Assembly (NCBI RefSeq): GCF_000143415.4
Contig: NW_003314291.1
Span: 1,763,099 to 1,827,098, forward strand
Origin: Selaginella moellendorffii
Lineage: Eukaryota; Plantae; Lycopodiophyta
Length of the DNA stretch: 64,000 nt
Reading direction: 5' to 3'
Shown: positions 27,848 to 40,100 of the stretch, one piece after another
Position numbering within the stretch: position 1 is the first letter of the stretch
How the letters are laid out: every line of letters begins with the position of its first letter
Program-made: the position numbers and the translations under genes
The notes under the pieces: model-generated
Told to the model about the DNA's origin: nothing
Database searches by the model: none
What the model saw: only the letters and a program-made list of their open reading frames with translations

Positions 27848-30800
27848 TGTTATGATCTAGCGCAAAAAGACAGAGATCTAGTCACCTTAGACTATGCTAT
27901 GCCACTTCTTGAGGTTCCTCACCACCCAACCACCCCCTAGCTACCTCAAAAGCTCCACTGTGCCACCGCTCCACTATAAGCCCTAGGATAGGTTAAGTCC
28001 CTCACCCTAACATGCCTTAATAAATCCTTGAGCCTCCCTTTGACTGACATTGACCACATGGTCAAAGTTGGCACCTAACAATTCTTCCCCCCCCCAACAA
28101 AGTCCTTGTCCCAAGGATGAATTGTATTGGTGATCACCCTTTCTGGGGAACCTACTCAAGCTCCTAGTCCATCTTCCATAGCCATATACATTAAGGAGGC
28201 AGTGGGCTTGTCACTTTGAGATAGTACACCTTTCAACTGGCTAACATAAAATACCAGATGAATTTTCACCCCAGCTAGTAGCCGCACCCAATAAGCCGCT
28301 TTACCAATGCGCTCCAGCACTTCATATGGACCAACATATCCATAGGAAAGTTAATCATTCTTCCCTGTCCGTAAAGGCACCAAAGTGTTCCGCTGCTCAC
28401 TTGACGGAAAGATCATTTGCACAAAGACGAGATCACCCACTTTATATTCCCAGAATTGGTGATGCTCATTGGTAAACTTCTCCGCTCTATCCTAAGCTGC
28501 TTGCAAATTCCATTTGCACACCACCAGAATCTCATAAGTTCTGTGGCCAGATCAGTCGCCTCGGAATCAAGTTTATCTTGAACATCCTTACTCAAATGCA
28601 ATCCCAACTCCACCGCTATTTGAGGATGCCTTCCAAACATGGCAAAGTAAGGACTTAGCTTAGTTCCACTGTGTTGGCTATTGTTGTAAGCAAATTGCAC
28701 CAACGGAAGATATAGATCCCACTGTCCTTGCCTTTGACCAATGCTACAACATAATATATCCTCTACCACCTGATTCACACGCTTGGTTTGCCCATCCGTC
28801 TGAGGATGATCTCCACTCGAGAGTTTCAAAGTCACTTGCATAGCCTTTGCAAAGTTTTTCCAAAATCCATTGGTGAAATTTGAATCTTGATCACTAATGA
28901 TGTCCTTCGGCAAACCAAAATCAAGAAAAACCTTCCCCAAGTAAACCGCAGCCAAGTTTGAGGCAGTGACAGTCTTCTGAAGAGCCAACAACTGCACATA
29001 CTTTGTCAACCGATCCACTATGACCCATACTTGCTCCTTTTGCCTTTGTGTTCGTGGCAAACAAGTGATGAAGTCCATAGAGATACTACACCAGCAGCTC
29101 TGAGGAATAGGTAAAGGTTGCAAAAGTGCCCCCAGCTTCTCCCGTGGCACCTTAACCCGCTGACAAAGCTCACATGATTTACAATACTTGAGGATATCAA
29201 CCTTCATATTCCTCCAATAAAAGTTGCGCTTAATCAACTCATATGTCTTCTTCCCCCCAAAATGACCGGCCTCTGAACAATCATGATAGTGGAATAAAAC
29301 TTGAGTAATTAATGCATCCACCCATGGCAAATATATACGGCCATTGTAATAGAGAATCCCATCCACCAATGAGAAAAGGGCTTCCATCTGGTCTTGCAAA
29401 GAGGCCACCTCAGCATCTTGAGCCTAAGTATGCTCAACCAACTGCCCAAACTCGCTGACCACCTTACTCAAATGATGACAAAATCGTGTTTGTAACGTTG
29501 TCACATGATGAACATGAGATAAAGCATCTGCCACCACATTTGATTTTCCTGGACGATGCTCAATAGGAAACTCTCCAAACTCCATGAGTTTAACCATCCA
29601 ACAAGCTTGCCTAGTGTTCAACTCCTTCTGTGTGAAAAGATACACAAGTGGTTTGTGATTTGTCAACACCACAAACACTGCACCATAAAGATAGTGCCGC
29701 CACGTCCGCAAAGCATGAACAATAAAGAGTAAATCTTGCTCATATGTGGAATAGTGTTGCTCTGTGGAATTCAAAGTTCGACTCTCATATGCAATAGGCT
29801 GTCCCTCTTGCATAAGAACTCCTCCTAGTGCATAACCACTCGCATCGCATGTCACCTCGTAAGGTTTCGATAGATCAGCAATGTGAAGCACTGGAGTCTC
29901 TCTCAACAATCGTTTCAGAGCCACAAAACTCTCCTCTTGTGGTTGCTTCCACTCAAATGGCACATTCTTGCGTAACAACTGCATCAAAGGAATAGCCACT
30001 TTGGCAAACTTATGCTGGAAACATCAGTAATAACTAGCTATACCAAGAAAACTACGCAACTCGGCCATTGTAGTTGGTATAGGCCAATTTTCCACCATAG
30101 CCACCTTTTTTAGATTCGTCTTGACACCCTTAGATATCATAATATGGCCTAGATATTCCACCTATGACTTTGCAAATTCACATTTGCTCTTCTTCACATA
30201 AAGTTTGTTGTCTTGGAGTAACAAAAGAACCTTGCGCAAATGCATCATATGCTCCTCCATATTCTTGCTAAAAACAAGAATATCGTCCAAGAAAATCTCC
30301 ACAAACTCATGAAGATAACGCCTAAATAACTCCATCATCAACTGAGTAAGTGTGGCCAGTGTAGTCGTCAAACCAAACGGCATAACTGTAAACTCAAAAT
30401 GTCTAAAGCTTGTGTTGAATGCCATTTTGGAGATAGATGCATCATCCATCCTTAGATCAATCTGCAATCTGATGATATCCATTGCAATCTAATGATATCC
30501 GCTCCTCAAATCAATCTTGGTAAACACTCGTGCTTCACCAAGCTTGTCCAGGATATCATCCACACATGGCATCAGCATCTTATCCTTCACTGTCTTCTTG
30601 TTCAAAGCGCGGTAGTCAATACACGTTCACATTGAACTGTCCTTCTTCTTCACAAGCAAGATTAGAGCACCAAACAGGGACTGACTTGGCTGAATAAATC
30701 CAAACTCAAGCAACTCCTTGACTTGTCATTGAATTTCTTGCTCCTTCGCATAACTTAACAGAAATGGACGTTGGTAAATTGGCTGTGTCCCTGGCTCTAA

Positions 30801-32792
30801 TGTAATCCCATGCTCCACACCTCATAACGGAGGCAACCTATGAGGAAGTTCAGATGGAAAAACATCAGAAAACTCATCAAGTACATCCTGTATTGCTGCT
30901 TCTTCCTCACACGTGCCTTGGGCCCCCAAGTCACAAGCAAACAACAAATAACTCAAAAGTGCTTTTTCATTACGACAAGCCCGCTTCAAAGATGTAGCAG
31001 AGAGCATAACAACTGGTGGTTGAACGCCCTTGCCAAACCACACATCTTTAACACCACCATACTTTAGCGAGATACACTTAATACTCTACTTTATCTCTGG
31101 ATCCACCTTCACCAACCATGGCATCCCAAGAATGAGATACACATGATGGATATCCGCAAGATAAAAAGTCTCCACAAGTGTGGTTTTGCCAACCAACACT
31201 TCCAGCCCCTCAACACAAGCATCAAAATGCTGAGTAGAGGTAGATGCACCTTCCACTGTGTATGGAAGAACTCTGCGTGTGACCAGGCCATGCTCCGCAA
31301 CAAACTTTGCTGAAACAAAGTTGTCATCGCTCCCACTATCCAGTAAAATCCACACTGGATCACCACGGAACACGCCCTCCAGCATTAAAGCTGATTCATG
31401 CATATCCTCGAGCTCCATCTTGTTCCACACATAGTTGAGCTGACAAGCAACGATTGAAAGTTTCTTCCTCCGACTGGAATGGTCGTTTTTGTCATCCTCA
31501 CGTTGCAAAGTTTGCAACTTTTTAGTATCTGACTTACTGTGAGAAGAAGATTGGCCATTCTTCTTGTCCTGCTGCTTGTTCTTCAACTGCGGACAATCAA
31601 CCTTGTAGTGTCCAAGTTCGCCGCAATGATAACAACCCTATCTATAATTCTTCACAAAGAACTTCTGCTTCTTGGACCCCTTTGCATCCAAAGTAGTCAC
31701 CACCGACTTCAATTGTGATGCTTATTCCCATCCTTGTGTCCACGGCGATCATCACAATGATTCTTGACATAAGGACTCCTCAAATGCTTGTGAGACTTGT
31801 GTTTGTCATTGTCAAGTCGATGAGCCACATCAAAGAGCTCCTCCAAACTCTTTGTAGGCTGAGAATGACGCAAGTGTTGCCACATGCTCTCACTATGTAG
31901 GCCATCAATGAAGTAGGACTTGTTTTGATCTAGATCCTTCGAACACGACTAATCAAGCGAGTAAGCTTCTCAATATAGTCCCCGAGTGTCATTTTCCCTT
32001 GTTGGAAATGTCAAAGTTTCATATGAGCATTCTTCACGTCATAATGAGGGGCAAAATGTAAATGGAAAGCAGCCTCAAACTCATCCATGGTAGACACTGG
32101 TGGTTTCTTATCTGCAACACGAGACTCCTCAAGCCAATTCCACCATTGAAGACCCGCATCACGCAAAACCATTGGAATAGCCACTAAAGCCTCTACATCT
32201 GGAGTTCCCCTAGCAGCCAAGAACTTCTTCACATTGGCTAGCCAAGCAAGACACTCATCCACACCACCATCACCAGAAAAGGTTGAAATCTTGAGTCGAT
32301 CTACCAAAAAAGGCTTACTTGGAGCACTACCCTGTCCAGCCTCGAGTGCCTCAACATGCCCACGCATGGTATCCATCATGCCATGCATCTCGTCTTGCAT
32401 CTCTTGCTGATTTTGATTAAGGGCTCGCAGCTTGTGAACCACATCTTGAATGGTCCAAATCTCCGTAGCTTCGTCAACACCATCATTGGCACCACCATCG
32501 ACAATAGGATTCCAGCGTTCAGCTTAGTAGGCTATCACAACCAACTCCTCTGATACCAATGTTATGATCCGGCGCAAAAAGACAGAGATCTAGTTGCCTT
32601 AGACTATACTATGCCACCTCTTGAGGTTCCTCACCACCCAACCACCCCCGAGCTACCTCAAAAGCTCCACTGCGCCGCCGCTCCACTATGAGCCCTAGGG
32701 TAGGTTAAGTCCCTCACCCTAACATGCCTTAATATATCCTTGAGCCTCCCTTTGACTGATGTTGACCACATGGTCAAAATTGGCACCTAACA
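27848..32792 (-). mobile_element. Full-length but decayed Ty3/Gypsy LTR retrotransposon
   Basis: 233-bp LTRs (27848-28080 and 32560-32792; TGTTA...TAACA; ~15 mismatches). TSD GGATA on both sides. PBS TGGTATCAGAG (tRNA-iMet) at 32548-32558; PPT next to 28081. Order gag-PR-RT-RH-IN. Confidence 0.95.
28200..32460 (-). pseudogene. gag-pol of the Gypsy element (stops and frameshifts)
   Basis: gag helices; zinc knuckle CYHCGELGHYKVDC (~31590-31635); protease LLDSGS; RT MPFGL and FLDDILVFS; RNase H CDASGYALGGVL; integrase HHCC and SISMDFIT...HPQTDGQT; GPY module. Confidence 0.9.
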
Positions 32793-32949
32793 GGATAAGG
32801 GTAATCAGATAGAAAAATCTATTCTTCTCAACAGTGGTGTGGGAGAGAATAGGATTCAGTGGGATCTTGATAGATGTACAGGTCAGGAGATTCTAGTTAT
32901 AGGATCTCCAAAGTGAGCAAAGGAGAGCACATTAGTTTCACAGCCAACT

Positions 32950-35900
32950 ATGCAAGGAGTGAAGGATAAAGTTGTTATTCTCTCCAATGACGAAAGTGAA
33001 GAAGATGAGCTTCCCAACATAGCTTCCTAGAAAAGTAGGTGCATTCCTTTTGGACAAGCTTTTTGAAGCGGTGGATAAGGCATTTTGGCAATCTAGATCA
33101 TACGGTTGGAATTGAAGGAGTTCCAGTACATAAGAGGTGAGGAGCTTCTGTCTTCCTATAATGGGAATATATTTTTCGAACTTCCACCAACTAGTTTGTC
33201 AAGCAGGAAGAGGGGCATGGAGACGCGTCTTGATCCACATAATTGGTGCAAAGTAAAGACAACCCACTTCTCCCATTTCAACGGATCTGTGTCCATAGTC
33301 CATTATGGTGGACAACTTTAGAGTGTTGCTGAGAAATGCATTTCTGATCATGGCAAGAATATGTGTTTTTTTGAAGGCTCAGCGATCAATCCCCCTAGGC
33401 ATAATGAGGTTGCTATAGGTTTAGATGTCGCAAATGTGGGGAACACATGTGTGTCAAGCATGTTGTGATGCAAAAATGTATTATTTTCTTCCACGGGATG
33501 GATGTTTAGGCAGAGCAACAGTGCATGTTGGATACCACTAACACGCAATAAAGGAAGGAATTCGTCATGATTCTTTTCGCAATTTGAAGGCTGCTATTAC
33601 TATAGAGGTTGGGAAGAAAAGTGCTGCAACTCCAAAGTGTGTTCAACAATCTGTACTAAAAGATTATGTGGTGAACACGTTGCTACAAGCTAATAGCAAA
33701 AATGAGTTTACGGAGAACAGCTTGAAGGACTTGCTTCAAAATATAGAACCCGTGACAAATTTAAACATGTATAAGTTAATACTTAACTCTACTTTGTCAC
33801 TAGAAACATTCTTCTTTTTTTTGCAAAATAAAGAACTGGATGCAAGAAGGGCAAGATAGAAGCTTCAATCTAGATTAGATGCAATTTTGGAGTTAAAAAG
33901 AAAATGTCCCTATGAGTTTATTCATGGGAGCTTGTTTGTTAGCTAAGTGACTTCGAATAGTCAATGCCCTTTCATCTTTAAGATGTCCACCCTTAGTCTT
34001 GCTTTTGGTGTGGACCTTGTACAACAAATATATATATGATGGAGATGGGGATAGATATAGATGGAGATGGGGACTTAGTTAATTCCTGGACCTATTTTGA
34101 CCATATGGAACGAGTTTTAAGCTGGTCAACAATGGGAGCTCATGTTTATGATCACAAGTAAGTGACTTTTCATTTTTTAAGGATTCTATACCGATTTACA
34201 TTATAACCATTCCTTTTATAGGTTGCAATGCAACTTGACTATAGCTATAGCCGAATTCAAGGTTCAAGATTTCCAAGCTCAAATTGTTTTTTGGACATGT
34301 ATGTCTAAGATTGTTAAACAGCTAACTGGGAATAAACCAAACTTCTGTAGTTTCATGGCAAATGCTATTGGTGCTAACTGGTTGGCTGTATGACAAGTAT
34401 TTGGTGGTGATAAAAGTTAACCATTACAAGGTAGAGAGAAAAGTTGTGAGTTTCATTAGGCAAAGAGTGTCAATGAACATTGCCAATGCATTAAGTCTAG
34501 CTTCCATCACGAGTTCAGCTTTGTCAGGAAGCAGCTTTGTCAGGAATGGATGGATGGATGTTCAGCTTTGTCAGGAAGCAGCTTTGTCAAGAATGGATGG
34601 ATGCACCAATAAAGAGGAGCATGAGGCAAAAACAAATGAGATGTGCATATGGTGGCATGAAGGAGACAAAGTGCCAATTGAACACCTTCCACAAATGGAG
34701 TGTTGGATTGCCTAGTGGGAAGTTCAAAATGTTTTAGTGGGGCCATTATATTCTCCATGTAAGTTTTCTCTAATTTTTTTTGTCACATTTAAATGTTGCA
34801 TTTTTCCTAGGATCAACGACTTGATGACATTGCATTTACACCAACAATTAATCTCTCTGAGAGCAAACATTGGAGTTGGAGAGCTTCTGAAGCAGAGAAA
34901 GGAAAAATGTCCCTTTATAAAGTTACACTCTTCAACCTCACTAGATCTCTTGAGCAATCATCAAAAATTTTGGCTGCATAAGAAGCAAGGTTTGTTGGTA
35001 CAGGTCCAAACTTAGATAAGCTTTGAGAGCGAGTTGGTAGAAGGACAACACCAGTAGCAGGGTTAATATTTAAGATGGTGGAGAAAGTTGTTACTGGAAC
35101 TCGTATGGAATCAAATTATGAACCACTTGGGGACATAAAGACAGCTTGTATGAAGCATCGACAGACATTTGATAAGCCCAACATCACTCCTTCTAGCTCT
35201 CACCGTCCAGAGTTTGACTACCATTCTGTTCCACAACACCAGAGAAGAACTAAGGAACATGGAGTGGAGGAGGTGCCAATTGTTACACAAGTAAATCCAG
35301 TGCTAGAGGTTGAGAAGATTATTGCTTGTGAGCCAATTTCTCGTATCAACTGGGCAATTCAAAGAGTCAATGCCAAGAGTAATGCGTGTTGCTTCGGAAT
35401 GGTTGGGAGTTGAGGTCAGTGTCTTACATTTGTGCACTCAAGTTCAAGTTTTTCAGCAATACCATGTTTCTGGGGCTATTGAGATCTAGGGGTAAAGGGC
35501 CACCAGTCAAGTTGGATTTACTGTTGTGGGACTGATGTTACTTATACAAACTGGATCCCTAGCTCAATTATCTCGAAGCCAAAAATTCTGTGCCAGAGGA
35601 GTGGCTAGTTGAGTGAAGTTGCAATCTTTTGAAAGAAGAGATTGAAAGTCTAGAGAGAGATGGTTTCAAGCTAAAGACTTCCTCAAATGTTGCTATTGAT
35701 ATTGCTATGCCACCAATGTCAACACTGGATCAGCATATACAACTAGCTAGAAATGGGAAAGCTATACAATATGGGTCTTCTATTTCAAAAGGTGTACAAG
35801 AGAAGATCAAGCTAGCAAAGGCATTGAAATGCACAATCACAAGGATAAACTACATTAGTGCCGTGGCTAAGGAGTTTGTTGTTGTGACTGAGTCGTCAAA

Positions 35901-35980
35901 GGGTACGAGCTACACTATCAGAATCTGCAAAAATCCATCCTGTACCTGTCCAGATTTTACACAGAGGGAGAACATGATTT
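32950..35980 (+). pseudogene. Degenerate Mutator-like (MULE) transposase with SWIM zinc finger
   Basis: Fragments FFELPP, FIFKMST, GDLVNSWTYFDH..RV.SWSTMGAHVYD, NFCSFMA, and YTIRICKNPSCTCPDF (SWIM), cut at 35980 by the Sola element. Confidence 0.7.
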
Positions 35981-36004
35981 AAGCTCTATTTCGTTAAAGT
36001 GGGA
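35981..36004 (+). repeat. Left terminal inverted repeat
   Basis: aagctctatttcgttaaagtggga, preceded by attt. Confidence 0.9.
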
Positions 36005-36640
36005 TTTATTCAGTAAAATGGGACTAGGTACAAATTTTCAAGTATTTGAAAATGACGTGAAATTATATGTTTTTTGTCCAGGGGCTAGACATATCTGGGG
36101 CATGGTGACTAGCGCGGTGACCTTATGTCCAGACTGAGTCCATCTAGTTGTATAATAAATCTCATTGTCAAGGTGAACAAGCCGAATCTGAAGCTAAAGA
36201 AGAGCGATGGCATGCGCGCACACACTATTTGTTTGTTCATTGAGCGTGTGGTGAGCTTTCCAAGATGAACATCATTCCTATTAGCCAGACATATAACTTA
36301 ATGGTGAGAACATTTAGATATTATTCAATGTTATCTTTTTCTAACGAATCTAATTGTGAAGGTGTAGCAAGAGGCATTGCTAGTCTGGAAAAGTCATTTA
36401 ACTCATTTGACCCTTAGTGTATTTTCATGAAACTAAATAACATTCATATTATTAAGGAATTTCTCTAGTACCTTTTTTTTACGACATAGAGGCTTGCATT
36501 TCTTTCAAAGGTGATTTAGTAAAAGGCCTGAGGGCACATGCCATTCTATTTCTCAGACCGGTATTAAGATATACTAGTGCAAAGGGAAAAAGGTATTTGG
36601 TGATCAAGTAAATGGCATGAGGGCACACGCCATTATAAGC

Positions 36641-36898
36641 CTAAGCGCTAGTGGACACCTCCTTTTTGGTACTCTCAGCGGTACTATCATCCTTCTCCGG
36701 GTCAGTTGTTTTGCTTTGGATTGTTGTCTCTGACGTTACTGGGGCGTTCTCGATAGTTGTTAATGTTGCCGTTTGTTCAGAAAAATGATCACCTGGAGTA
36801 TAGTACGGGGAGTTTGGAAGACTTATATATTCTACATCTTCACCTATCTCCTTCTCCGTCTCCTTTTCTGCCTCACTTACAGATTTTGTGCTTGCCAT
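36641..36898 (-). CDS. Possible small acidic/Thr-rich ORF inside the Sola element (85 aa)
   Basis: MASTKSVSEAEKETEKEIGEDVEYISLPNSPYY...STSA*. Open frame flanked by palindromes; no recognisable domain. Confidence 0.3.
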   Translation of the reverse strand: MASTKSVSEAEKETEKEIGEDVEYISLPNSPYYTPGDHFSEQTATLTTIENAPVTSETTIQSKTTDPEKDDSTAESTKKEVSTSA

Positions 36899-37113
36899 GA
36901 GAACGCTCTTCACCCTAAAATATGGAGTTCGTTGTGTTATAAAAGGAAACCAACACACACGCTGCAAGGGAATGATGGTACATAAAGCACGTAAGCCCAC
37001 AATATGGGTTTATGTGCCATTAATATGGGCCACACGCCATATTATTAGATTTATGCACGTGTGATTGGTAAATGCATATGTCACATCATCTTTGTTTTAC
37101 CTCACACACTATA

Positions 37114-40100
37114 TCAAGCCTCCTCTGATTCAGATTCGGATTGTTCACCTTGAAATAAAATACATTAGAAACTTTGTAAAGGAATATTAATGAATCTCAC
37201 CTTGAACCCGAGTTATGAATGCTCTTGCTGCATCTCTTGCATGGTCTGGCAAGGTGATGGTGGCACTCTGCTTCCGCATCCAACCATGCACAACATTATC
37301 CACCGATATGCTCATGCTGGGATCCCTTGGATTCAGCACCCATATCTTTTCTAGGCAATCCTTCGTATATCCGGAACTTGGCTTGAACCACTCCACAGTT
37401 ACATTGAAGGAGTTAGTTTCCGCGTCCTCCTCTGCATCAGTGATGCAGCGCCCCACCCATATCATTTGTTTTTTATTACTGGGTCTGACAAGCACGACCA
37501 TTCCTTTGCAGACCTGTACCGGATTGAATGCTGAATCCGGCTTCTTGTTCCTCGGCCCACAATAGTGATCCTCAACATCGTTATCTGTCACTGCATTTCC
37601 AGAGGACATTGTTCCGCTACTATCTGGTGCTCTGGGTTCTGGCCAAAAGGACTCTTCCAATTCTTCATATACAACCGGCCCATTTTGGATAGCAGATATA
37701 ATCTTCTCCCAGTATTCGAGCAAAGGCTTGCACCTCTGAAAATAGGATTCTCCACCAAACACCAACCCCCTCTTCCAGAAGGCAATATGCTGTCTAATCC
37801 CGGCCACTATACTTTCCTGGTCTTTGAGTCCATCCGGGTGCATCGGCCGTGGGGAACCCTGAGGAATCATAGGTTCCCCAGTTATGGGATCTCTCTTGAA
37901 GAGTTCAATGCCGTCCACTGGCAGCCACACTGTGTCCCATTCTCTCATCTTGTACCTCATCACTGGAGCACCGTCACACATGCTGAAATGAAACTGAAGA
38001 GGCTTGGAGTGGCCAATCAGCGTTTCGGATCCATCCCTGATGTAGCCTCTTACAAACCCCTTAAAGTCTGGAACCTCTGTCAGAAGTGCAGCTTCAACAG
38101 TGCCTTTGATGCAATTTTGGAATTCATCGTAGAGTTGTGGGAGGGTGAGGACATTGGATCGCCGGAGGGACTCTGCCAGGTGACTGAACATGGCATCGAC
38201 GTCTTCATGAGTGTGCCCAACCATGAGAAAGCCAAGTGTAACCGTTTCAAATATGCCTTTGGCAACAAGCATCGCCAAGTACGCGAAGACGTACATGTTT
38301 TTGTTCTCACTGCCAGCATTGTCTGTTTGGAGCAGAAGATGGGGTGGAAGGCCACATCGGCTGCAAGAACTTCCTTGAGATTCTGCTTCGTTTGGATGAG
38401 GCTGTGCATTCACCGGGCGACCAGCCTCGTCGGAATGGCATGAGGCCTCACGTGATAACCCTACAATCTGACGGCCAACATATTCACTGGGATGGCATGG
38501 GGCCCCACGCGATACTGCAAGCCTTTGCTCCTCCTCCAGCTGAACCCTGTATGGGGTTCGATCGACAAGGGCCTTATGCAAGGGTTGGCCGTTCAGCTCA
38601 GTCTGCGCACTTTGCAGAGACCTTAAGTGTTTTGCTAGGGACGCAATCATCATGTTTGCACCCCCGCCACCCCATAGAGGTACAAAGAAGTTCCCATAGT
38701 TCTGGGCACCATGCCCATGAGCGATTATGCTAAACAGAGACACAGGCAGCTGCATGGATGAAGAGATTGCCTTGGGGGCAGGATTGAGTCGAGGTAATGT
38801 AGCGCACGTGGTTTTGACCCTTTATCCTATGGTGATTTACCATAGGATAACACCACGAAGCGGAACCTAAACCCTCTTTGTGCCACGTGACAGATGCCAC
38901 GTGTCACATGCCACGTGTCCATGCCACGTGTCCATAGGAACCCGAAGTTCAGGGCCTTGGGCCACTGAACGAAGGAACAGTGCCAAACTCCCAAGCATGG
39001 AGCCAAGGAGTGACGGAACCGAACCACGGAGCAACTCCCGAGCATAAAGCCCAAGGAGCGAAGGGACAGGAACCCGGAGCGACTTGGAACAGTCCTAGAG
39101 TAACCAGCATCCCAATGCCAGGACCAGCACGCAAAACGGAGCCAAACGGACTCTGGCGCTATTTCGGCATACCGGTGGCCTAACGCGAGGACATGGGTAC
39201 TCCACCAACTAGCATGGAATGGAACTTGGGCTTAGACCCAAGCCGGACGCAGAACAAGGACAGGCACGCAAGCGGGAGCTAGACTATGCCTCAGGTTGGT
39301 CGGCCATGCCCGACCTACCCACTATCCCTACTATACATTTGGAACCCCCCACAGCCCCCCCCCCCTTGAGGAACACACGCTTTGGGCTTTCACCCCAAGC
39401 CTCCCTTAGTATCAGGAGTTAGTCTCTGGGACAAGCTCGAAACTTACTAAATATGGAATGTCCCTAGATTGCGAATTTGGACATGGGACGAACACCATTG
39501 TGTTCAGGACGATCTCTACATTCCGTAGATATGCCAAATGAGCAAATCTGGACACTTCCCATAAATAGCATTTGGGACCGAAATGAGACCAACACAAAGG
39601 GCATGATAGCGAGGGTGTTTGGCAGACATGGTAAGCTATCATCTAACAATATTGAGGGACCAAGCTCAATATCACAGGGGTTCCCAACACTAGCAAGTGC
39701 AAGTCAACGAATGAGTTTCTCTAACCAGGTCAAGTATGCTTGACAAATAGCACGTAGGAATTCCGTCCTTATGCCCATCTGGTCAAGTGCACACGCGAAG
39801 ACCAGTTTCTCAACTAGCTTAGGCGGAGACTGATAACGGGCCCAGCAATACCGACCTCCTGCCATCGTGGCAGTAAGGTAAGAGTGTCCGTAAGGACTAG
39901 TCGACAGGTAACTTTCGATACCCGGGAAGATCGACGTCCTCGTCGATGCATACTCGAGTCTAGAATACCGCCAAGGAAACAACTCCAGAAAAAGTTCACG
40001 GTACTCACACTATGTGAGAAATGCACCAACTTAAATGAGTTAGGGGTAACCTCTTTGTCTAACGCGGATGCGCTACCAGCTCAGACACCTTCCGGCCGTC

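Noticed and set aside
38461-38515. Possible intron around the coding palindrome copy
   Set aside because: The GT..AG candidate is 55 nt and would shift an otherwise continuous reading frame.
37215-38733. Plus-strand ORFs up to 292 aa, and minus-strand ORFs over 51087-53210
   Set aside because: Antisense shadows of long real reading frames.
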